Shown: one piece after another, positions 54,107 through 64,000 of the stretch
Position numbering within the stretch: the stretch's first letter is position 1
Layout: each line of letters begins with the position of its first letter
Source: the human T2T-CHM13v2.0 reference genome, Homo sapiens
Reading direction: 5' to 3' (one strand)
Assembly: GCF_009914755.1 (NCBI RefSeq)
Contig: NC_060935.1
DNA length: 64,000 nucleotides
The notes under the pieces: generated by a model
What the model was told of the DNA's origin: nothing
Database searches by the model: none
What the model saw: only the letters and a program-made list of their open reading frames with translations
Made by a program: the position numbers and the translations under genes

Positions 54107-57100
54107 TTTCTTTTATTTTTTACATTAAGTAGTTTTAATTTCAAGTAGCCTACTGAACTATGTTAACTGCTTATATAATTGGGATAAACTGTGTAAGTGT
54201 ATTTTTTTAACTTTTGTTTTAAGTTCAGGGTATATGTGTAGGTTTGTTATATAGGTAAATTGCATGTCAAAAGGGTTTTATGTACAGATTATTTCATCAC
54301 CCAGGTAATAAGAATACTAACTAATAAATATTTTTCTGGAATATTTTCCACCTCTCACCCTCCACCTTCCAATAGGCCCCAGCGTATGCTGTGTCCCTGT
54401 GTTCTCATCATTTAGCTCTCATTTATAAGTGAGAACATACGATGTTTAGTTTTCTGTTCCTGCATTAGTTTATTAGGATAATGACCTTAAGCTCTATCCA
54501 TGTTGCTGCAAAGGACATGATCTCATGTCTTTTTATGGCTATGTAATATTTCATGGTGTCTATGTACCACATTTTCTTTATCCAGTCTACCATTGGTGGG
54601 CATTTAGGTTGATTCCATGTCTTTGCTATTGTGAAAAATGCTGCAGTGAACATAAGTGGCATGTATCGTTATGGTAGAATGATATAGCCAATAATGAGAT
54701 TGCTTGGTCAAATGGTAATTCTGTCTTATGTTGAAATATTGCCATGCTGCTTTTCACAATGGTGAAAAAATGTACATTTCTGCCAGCAGTGTATAAGCAT
54801 TCCCTTTTCTCCACAACTTCACTAGCATGTGTTATTTTTTGACTTTTTAACAATAGCTATTCTGACTGGTGTTAGAGGTATCTAATTATGGTTTTCATTT
54901 ACATTTCTCTAATGACTACTGATGTTGAGCATCTTTTTTTCATATACTTGTTAGTCACATGCCTGTCTTCTTTTAAAAGGTGTCCATTCATGTATTTTGC
55001 CCCCTTTCTAATGGGGTTGTTTTCTTTCTTGTAAATTTGTTTAAACTCTTTATAGATTCTGGACATTAGACCTTTGTCAGATGCATAGTTTGCAAATATT
55101 TTCTCCCATTTTGTAGGCTGTCTGTTTACTCCATTGTTAGTTTCTTTTGCTGTGCAGAAGCTCTTTAATTAGGTCCCATTTATCAATTTTTGCTTCTGTT
55201 GCAATTGTTTTTGGCTTCTTTGTCTTGATATTTTTGCCAGGGTCCATTTCCAGAATGATATTGCCTAGGTTATCTCCCAGAATTTTTACACTTTCAAGTT
55301 TTACATTTAAGTCTTTAATCCATCTTAAGTAGATTTTTGTACATGGTGTAAGAAAGGGGTCCAGTTTTAATAGTGTGAATATGGTTAGCCACTTATCCCA
55401 GCACCATTTAGTGAATAGGGAATCCTTTCCCCATTGCTTGTTTTGTTGACTTTGTTGGAGATCAGATAGTTGTAAGTGTGTTACCTTATTCTAGTCTCTA
55501 TTCTGTTCCATTGGTCAATGTGTTTGTCTTTGTGCCAGTACATTGCTGTTTGAGTCATTGAAGCCTTGTAGTATAGTTTGAAGTTGAATACTCTGGCACC
55601 TTCAGCTTTGTTCTGTTTGCCTAGAATTGCCTTGGCTATTCAGACTCTTTTTTGATTCCATAAGAGTTGTAGAATTGTTATTTCTAATTGTGTAAAGAAA
55701 GTCATTGGTAGATTGACAGAAATAGCACTTAATCTGTAGATTGCTTTGGGAAGTGTGGCCATTTTAACAGTATCATTCTTCTTATCCATGAGCATGGAAT
55801 GCTTTTCTGTTTGTGTCATCTCTGATTTCCTTGAGTAGTGCCTTGTAATTATGATTGTAGAGGTCTTCCACCTTTCTAGTTAGCTCTATTTATAGGTATT
55901 TTATTCTTTTCGTGACTATTGTGAATGGGACTGTGTTCTTCATTTGGTTTTCAGCTTGGACATTGTTGGTGTGTAGAAATGATATTAATTTTTGTACATT
56001 GATTTTGTAGCCTGAAACATTAATGTTTTTCAGATCTAGGAGCTCTTGGGCAGAGACTATGGTGTTTTCTAGGTATAGAATCATATCATCTGCAAATAGA
56101 GATAGTTTAGCTTCCTCTCTTCCTATTTGGATGACTTTTATTTCTTTCTCTTGACTGATTGCTCTAGCCAGGACTTTCATTACTACGTGAAATATTAGTG
56201 CTAAGAGCAGGCATCCTTATATGGTTTCGGTTGTCAAGGGAAATGCTTCCAGCTTTTTCCCATTTAGTATGATACTGGCTGTGAGTCTGTCACAGATGAT
56301 TCTTATTACTTTGAGGCATACTCCTTCAGTGCCTAGTTTGTTGAGGGTTTTAACCTGAAGGGGTTTTGAATTTTATTTAAAGTCCTTCTTGCATCTATTG
56401 AGGTGCTCATGTGTTTTTCGTTTTTAGTTCTGTTTATGTGATAAATCACATTTGTTGATTTGCATATGTTGAACCAAACTTGCATCCCAAGGATAACTTC
56501 TACTTGATCATGGTGGATTAGCTTTTTGATGTGCTGCTGGATTCCGTTTGCTAGTATTTTGTTGAGGATTTTCACATCTATGTGCATCAGGGATACTGGC
56601 CTGAAATTTTCTTTTTTTGTTATATCTTTGCCAGGTTTTAGTATCAGGATGATGCTGGACTAATAGAATGAGTTAGGGAGGAGTATCTCCATCTCAATGT
56701 TTTGGAATAGTTTCAGGAGGAATAATACTAGCTCTTCTTTGCATGTCTAGTATAATTCAGCTGTGAATCTGTTAGCTCATTGACTTTTTTGGTTAATAGG
56801 CTATTTATTACTGATTCAATTTTGATACTCATAATCAGCCTGTTCAGGGATTTAATTTCTTTTGGTTTCAATCTTGACAGGTTGTATGTTTACAGGAATT
56901 TATCAATTTCCTCTAGGTTTACTAGGCTGTGTGCATAAAGGTGTTCATAATAGTCACTGAGGGTTGTTTTTTATTTCTATGTGGTTGGCAGGAATGTCCT
57001 TGTTGTCATTTCTAATTGTGCTTATTTGGACCTTCTTTACTTTTTTACTTTCTTTATTAGTGTAGCTAATGGTCTGTCAATCTTATTTCTTCTTTCAAAA

Positions 57101-57231
57101 ACTACCAAATGCGTTGATCTTTTCTATGGCTTCTTGCATCTCAATTTCCATCAGTTCAACTCTGGTTTTGGTTATTTCTTGTCTTTTGCTATCATTAGGA
57201 TGCATTTTCTTTTGTTTCTCTAGTTACTGTA

Positions 57232-60184
57232 TGTATTAGTCCGTTTTCATGCTGCTGATAAAGACATACACAAGACTGGGTAATTTATAAAGAAAAAAGG
57301 TTTCATGGACTCAAAGTTCCATGTGACTGGGGAGGTCTCACAATCATGGAAGAAGGAAAAAGGCACGACTTACATGGGGGCAAACAAGAGACAACTTGTG
57401 CAGGGAATCTTGCCTTTATAAAACTGTCAGATCTCACGAGACTTATTCACTATCTTGAGAACAGCACATGAAGGACCTGTGCCCATGATTCAATTACCTC
57501 CCACCAGGTCCCTCCAATGACACATGGGAATTGTGGGAGCAACAATTCAAAAGATGAGATTTGGGGACACAGCCAAACCATATCATTCTGTCCCTGACCC
57601 CTCCCAAATCTCATGTCCTCATATTTAAAAACCAATTATGCCTTCCAAACAGTCCCCCAAAGTCTTAACTCTTTTTAGCATTAACTCAAAAGTCCACAGT
57701 CCAATGTCTCATCTGAGACAAGGCAAGTCCCTTTTGCCTGTGAGCCTGTAAAATGAAAAGCAAGTTAGTTAATTCCTAGATACAGTGGGGATACAGGGAT
57801 TGGGTAAATACAGCCATTCTAAATGGGAGAAATTGGCCAAAGCAAAGGGCTACAGGCCCCATGCAAGTCCAAAATCCAGTGGGGCAGTCAAATCTTAAAG
57901 CTCCAAAATGATCTTTTTTGACTCCATGTCTCACATCCAAGTCATGCTGATGCATGAGGTGGGTCCACCCCTGTGGCTTTGCCAGGTACAACCTCCTTCC
58001 CAGCAGCTTTCACGAGCTGGCATTGAGGGTCTACAGCTTTTCCAGGTGCATGGTGCAACCTGTCATTGAATCTATAATTCTGGGTCTGGAAGATGGTGGC
58101 CTTCTATTCACAGCTCCACTAGGAAGTGCCCCAGTGGGGACTCTGGGTTTGGACTTCAACCCCATATTTTCTGTCATGCACCGCCCTATCAGAGTTTCAC
58201 CACGACGGCCCTGCCCCTGCAGCAAACTTCTGCCTGAACATCCAGGCATTCTCATACATCTTCTGAAATCTAGGTGGAGGTTCCCAAACCTCAATTCTTA
58301 TCTTCTATGCAGCCACAGGACCAACACCACATGGGAGCTACCAAGGACTGGGGCTTTCACCCTCCAAAGCCACGGCCCAAGCTGTACCTTGGCCCATTTT
58401 AGCTGCAACTGGAGAGGCTGGGATGCAGGTAACCTCGACCGGTCCCAGGGTCCCCCTACTCTATGCACCATGTCCTGAACCTACATAGAGTAGGGGGGCC
58501 CTGGACCTGGCCCAGGATACCAATTTTTTTCTTTTAGGCCTCCAGGCCTGTGATGGGAAGGGCTGTTGTGAAGGCCTTTGACATGCCCTAGAGACATTTT
58601 CTGCATTGTTTTGATGCTTTAAAATTTGGCTCGTTACTTAAGCAAATTTCTGCAGCTGGCTTGAATTTGTCCTGAGAAAATGGTTTGTTTTTTTTCTTTC
58701 TCATTGTCAGGCTGCAAATTTTCTGAACTTTTATGCTCTGCTTCCCTTATAAACCTGAATGCCTTTAACAGCACCCACGTCACCTCTTAAATGCTTTGTT
58801 GCTTAGAAATTTCTTCCACCAGATACACTAAATCATCTCTGTCAAGTTCAAAGTTCCACAAATCTCTAGGGCAGGGACAAAATACTACCAGTCTTTTTGC
58901 TGACACATAGCAGGAGTCACCTTTTACTCCAGTTCCCAACAATTTCCTCATCTCCATCTGAGGCCACCTCACCCTGGTTTTCATTGTCCATATCATTATT
59001 AGGATTTTGGTCAAAGCCATTCAACAAGTCTCTAGGAAGTTCCAAACTGTCCAACATTTTTCTCTCTTCTTCTGAGCCCTCCAAACTTTTCCAACCTCTG
59101 ACTGATACCCTGTTCCAAAGTTGCTTCCACATTTTTCAGGTATTTTTTACAGCAGCACCCCACTCTACCAGTACCAATCTTACTGTATTTATTTATTTTC
59201 ATGCTACCGATAAAGATACACCCAAGACTGGGTAATTTATAAAGAAAAAGAGGTTTAATGGATCATAGATTCACTGAAACCATCTCAGCAAAATTCTGAC
59301 CAAGACAGTGAAAGAGATCCAACTTAAACAACTCCATCTTGCCACTAACCTCCAAGCTGTCCTTGTTTATTCCTGGGCATAGGCTAAACTAACTTTGGGA
59401 GGAACTTAGTTTATAGTTTAAAACAGAGACAGTGAAAGTCCTTTTCCAAAACAAACCTCCTTCTTTCCTGGGGACTAGACTACTAACATTAGCCACAAGA
59501 TTAGGAATTATGGCTTTGAAGTCACACTGCTGAAGGCTACAAGATTCTGACCCTCCCTAAACTGATCCTAAAATCAGTGCTTGAGATATTTTGCAGACAC
59601 TGCACTTGATGGATCAACCGGCACCCCTCAGATTGAGAAACTGGCCAATCTGATCTTGTGACCTTCCCACCCAGGAACTGACTCAGTGCAAGAAGACAGT
59701 GACATCCGATGATTTCATCTCCAACCCAACCAGTTAGCATTCCCTGACTCACTGCCCCTCATCCTGAATACTTGGGAGACATATTTGAGTAATAATAAAA
59801 CTTTGGTGTCCTGCACAGCTGGCTCTGGGTGAATTACTCTTCCTCTAATGCAATTCCCCTGTCTAGAGAAATGGGCTCTAAGCAGCAGGTAAAGTGAACC
59901 CACTGGGCAGTTAAACCACATGGCTGGGGAGGTCTTGCAATCATGGTGGAAGGAAAAAGGCACATATTACATGGAGGCAGACAAGAAAGAATTTGTGCAG
60001 GGAAACTCCCCTTTATAAAACCATCAGATCTTGTGAGACTTATTCACTATTATGAGAATAGCACATTAAAGACCCACCTCCATGATTCAATTACCTCCCA
60101 CCGTGTTGCTCCTGTGACACACTGGAATTGTGGGAGCTACAGTTCAAGATGAGATTTGGGTGGGGACACAGACAAACCATAGCA
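57232..60184 (-). mobile_element. THE1B-like MaLR provirus
   Basis: LTR 57232-57585, internal 57586-59183, LTR 59184-60184 (split by LTR8); TSD CTGTA/CTCTA. Confidence 0.92.
59275..59915 (+). mobile_element. LTR8 (ERV1) solo LTR
   Basis: TGAAACC..GACAGTGAAAGAGATC..AACCTCCAAGCTGTCCTTG..GTGAACCCACTGGGCAGTTAAA; TSD TCAC/CCAC. Confidence 0.88.
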
Positions 60185-61786
60185 CTCTAGCTGTGATGTT
60201 AGGTTGTTAATTTGAGACCTTTCCAATTTTTTGATGTGGGCATTTAGTGCTGTAAACTTTCCTCTTAACACTGCTTTTCTTGTTTTCCTGATATTTTGGT
60301 ATGTTATATCATTGTTCTCATTAGTGTCAAGGAATTTATTGATTTCTGCCTTAATTTCATTGTTTACCATAAAGTCATGTAGGAGCAGGTTATTTAATTT
60401 CCATGTAATTATATGGTTTTGAGTGATTTCTTTTTTTTGTTTTGATTTCTATTTTTATTGCACTATGGTTGGTGAGTGTGTTTGGTAGGATTTCAGTTTT
60501 TCTGAATTTGCTGAGGGCTATTTTATGGGTGATTGTCTGGATGATTTTAGATTATGTATCATGTGCAGATAAGAAGAATGTATATTCTATTGTTTTGATG
60601 TGAAGAGTTATATAGATGTCTATTAGGCCCATTTGGTCATGTGTCAAGTTGAGGTTCCAAATATCTTCAATAGTTGTATGTCTCAATGATCTGCCAGTGG
60701 GCTGTTAAAATCTCCCACTATTATTGTGTGTCTATCTTGGCCTTTCTGTAGGTCTCTAAGAACTTGCTTTATGAATCTGGGTGCTCTTATGTTGGGTACA
60801 TATATATTTAGGTGTTATTTTTTAATTGAAGCCTTGCCATTATGTAATGCTGTTCTTTGTCTTTTTTGATCATTTTTGGTTTAAAGTGTTTTTTGTCTGA
60901 AGTTAGAATAGCAACTCTTGCTTTTTTCTATTTTCCATTTGCTTAGTAGATTTTTCTCCTTTGAGCTGATGGGTATCATTGTATACGAGAGGGGTCTCTT
61001 AAAGGCAGTATAGCATTGGCTCTTGTTTCTTTATCCATATTGATACTCTGTGCCTTTTAATTGGGACATTGAAGCAATTTACATTCAAGGTTAGTATTGA
61101 TATGTGTGGATTTGATCCTGTCATTGTGTTGTTAGCTGGTTATTATGCAGATTTAATTGTGTAGTTGCTTTATATTTAATAACATCAATGGTCTATGTAC
61201 TTAAGTATGTTTTTTCCGTGGCCAGTAAAAGTTGTTTCTTTCCATATTTGGCACTCTTCTAAGGACCTCTTGTAAGGAAGCTCTGGTGCTAATAAATTTC
61301 CTTAGCATTTGTTTATCTGAAAGGGATCTTATTTCTCCTTTACTTATGAAGCTTAGTTTGGCTGGATATAAATTTTTAAACTGGAATTTCTTTTCTTTGA
61401 GAATGCTGAATATAGGCCCCGATCTCTTGTGGGGTTTCTGCTGAAAATTCCATTGTTAGTCTGATGGTGTTCCCTCTGTAGGTGATCTGCTCCTTCTTTC
61501 TCGCTGCCTTTAACATTTTTTCTTTCTTTTTAAACTTGCAGAATCTGATGACTATGTGTCTTGGGGATGGCCATCTTGTATAGTGTCTTGCAGGGGTCCT
61601 CTACATTTCCTGAATTTGAATTCAGGCCTCTCTAGTGAGGTCGGGGGGAATTTTCATGGATTATATCTTTAAATATATTTTCCAAGTTGCCTGCTTTTCC
61701 TCCTTCTCTTTCAGGGACATCAATAAGTCATATATTTGGTCTCTTTATATAATTCCATATTTCTCACAGGTTTTATTAATTTTCCT

Positions 61787-62230
61787 TTATTGTTTCTTCT
61801 TCACTTTTTCTGCCTGAGTTATTCTGGAGAACCAATCTGCAAGCTCTGAGATTCGTTCTTTAGCTTGGTTGATTCTACTGTTAATATATGGGATTGTATT
61901 ATGGAATTGTTGAAGTGTGTTTTTTAGCTTTATCATATTAATTTTGTTCTTTATTTGAAAAGCCATTTTGTCTTTTATCTCATTCATCATTTTAATATGT
62001 TCCTTATATTCCTTGTATTGGGTTTTGACCTTCTTCTGGATGCAGATAATCTTTGTTTCTATCCATATTCTGAATTCAATTTCTATTATTTCAGTCAGTT
62101 CAGCCCAGTTAAGAACCATTGCTGGGAAACTACTGTAAGTGTCTGAAAGTAGGAAAACACTCTGGCTTGTTGAGTTGCCAGTGTTCTTGTGCTGGGTCTT
62201 TCTCATATGTGTGGGCTGAAGTTCCTTCAA
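61787..62230 (-). pseudogene. L1 ORF1p N-terminal/coiled-coil remnant
   Basis: MRKTQHKNTGNSTSQS..EIEFRIWI..NSRINQAKERISEL. Confidence 0.85.
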
Positions 62231-62843
62231 TCTTTGAAATTGCTGTCCTTTGTTTGTTTTGTTTGTTTGTTTTTGTTGTTGTTGTTTTGTTTTGCTTCTG
62301 TTTTGTTTGATGCCCTGAGGGTTTTCATTGTGGTATAACGTGGGTTCAGTTGACTCAGTTTATTTCTGGAAGATTTTAGGGGCCAATGCTCAACTCGGCC
62401 CTCCTGGTCTGGGAGGCCCCACTAACTCTGGGAGGCTGGTACCAGACACCCAGCTTTGTTTTCTAGCCCCATTAGGAACCTGCTGTACTGGAAGGGCTGA
62501 GTTGTTCCCAGTCTCTTGGCCACCACACTCTGATGGGTGCTTCCAGCCAAAGCACTCTATTGGGACAGTGGCAGCAGGATACATGCTTGCTCACATATTG
62601 CCAACAGCCATGACAGCACTGAAGGGTGCATGCACATTGGCCCTAAATGTATATCTGTCCACAAGGAGCAGAAAGACTGTCATAAGCCATGCCACCACTG
62701 CCACTGCTGCACCCATTGTATGCCAGGCCCCATCATAGCCATTTGTCCGCTGTTGCCTATTGCAGCTGCTATGTCTGCCAGTCCCTGCCACAGCCACCAT
62801 GTGGGCCAGTAACCACCTCAGCCATCTGCAGATATTTCCCATC

Positions 62844-64000
62844 CTGTATTTTATTTATCCAATTATCTGTTGATGCACAAAACTTGGCTACTGTAAATAG
62901 TGCTGCAATGAACATGAGCATGTAGACATCTTTTTGAGAAACTGAGTTCAAGCGTTTTGGGTAAATTCCAGGAAATGAGATTTCTGGGTCATATGGCAAT
63001 TCTATTTTCAGTTTTTTGAGAAACTTCCTTAATATTTTCCATAATGGCTATACTAATTTTATTCCAACCAACTATATGCAATGTTACCTTTTCTCCATAT
63101 CCTTGCCAACACTTTTCTTTCTATGTTTTGTCAATAGCCATTCTGGCAAGTATGAGATGATATTTCATTATGGTTTTAATTTGTATTTCCTTAAGGATTG
63201 TAAATGTTGAGCATTTTAAAAACATTTGCTGAACATTTGTATGTTTTATTTTGAGAAATATTTATTCAGGTCCCTTGCATATTTTTAAATATTTTTTTCT
63301 TTTTCATTCTTGTTTTGTTTTCTTGCTATTGAGTTATCTGAACTCTTTGCTATTGAATTGTTAATAGTTTAAATATTAACTTACTTTATGTATGACTTGC
63401 AAATATTTTTTCCCAATCCATAGGTTGTCTCTGCAAACAGTTAATAGTTTCTTTTACTGTGCATAGCTTTTCAGTTTGATGTAATCCTATTTGCCTATCT
63501 TTGCTTTTGTTGTGTGTACTTTTGGGGCCAAATTAAAAAAATATATGGACTACACTAATGTCATGTATTTTTTTCCCATATTTTCTTCTATTAGTTCTAG
63601 AATTTCTGGTCTTACTTTCAAGCTTTTAATCCCCTTTGAGTTAATATTTGTACATGGTGTTAAATAAAGAGCCAATTTCATTCTTCTGCTTCTGGAAGTT
63701 TAGTTTTTCAATCACCATTTATTGAAAAGACTCTCCTTTTCTCCTTGAAATTTGACTACATGTATAAATTTATTTCTGGGCTATTTTGTTCCATAGATTG
63801 AAGTGGTTTTTTATTTTTATTTTTCGCCAGTACAATGCTGTTTTAGTTACTATAGCTTTGTATTATAGTTTGAAATCAGGTAGTGTGATTCCTCCAGCTA
63901 TGTTCTTTTTGTTCATAATTGTCTCAACTATTTGGGAATTTTTGTGGTTCAATATAAATTTTAGGATTTCTTTTTCTATTTCTATGAAAATAATATTAGA
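62844..64000 (-). mobile_element. L1MA continuation (runs off the window)
   Basis: TTTATCCAATTATCTGTTGATG..TTGGCTACTGTAAATAGTGCTGCAATGAACATG continues the sequence broken at 54106. Confidence 0.85.

Larger units (their letters stand above)
54107..62843 (-). mobile_element. L1PA15/16-like LINE-1 (3'UTR, ORF2, ORF1, partial 5'UTR) with extra 3' segment; hosts a THE1 provirus
   Basis: 3' end TTTTAAGTTCAGGGTATATGTGTAGGTTTGTTATATAGGTAAATTGCATGTC; ORF2 peptides ([21 protein letters not shown]); ORF1 N-terminus at 61787-62230; degenerate TSD CTG(A/T)ATTTT(C/A)TTT. Confidence 0.85.

Noticed and set aside
57954-58478. 174-aa ORF
   Set aside because: Antisense chance frame in the THE1 internal region.

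Overview
Primate (human-like) AT-rich DNA, most likely intergenic or deep intronic, and dominated by transposable elements. I found no host protein-coding exon, RNA gene or CRISPR array. The longer ORFs are fragments of LINE-1 ORF1/ORF2 or chance frames in LTRs and Alus. Main contents: a near full-length L1PA6/7-like element (+, about 20320-26078) whose 5'UTR has a precise splice-type deletion; a nested stack at about 53.6-64 kb (L1MA > L1PA15/16-like > THE1 provirus > LTR8), where the L1PA shows a 3'-transduction signature; a THE1D-like provirus; a solo LTR12C; two solo LTR1-family LTRs; many MaLR LTRs; about 11 Alu/FLAM copies; and DNA-transposon MITEs (MER85, MADE1, MER3, MER5, MER53, MER58). 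The best leads are rearrangement fossils: the spliced L1, a broken MER85 end fused to a 159-bp locally templated copy, the transduced L1 tail, a chimeric Alu and template-switch hairpins. I see no new gene system. Subfamily names come from recalled consensus motifs, not a RepeatMasker/Dfam run. Boundaries of old elements are approximate.
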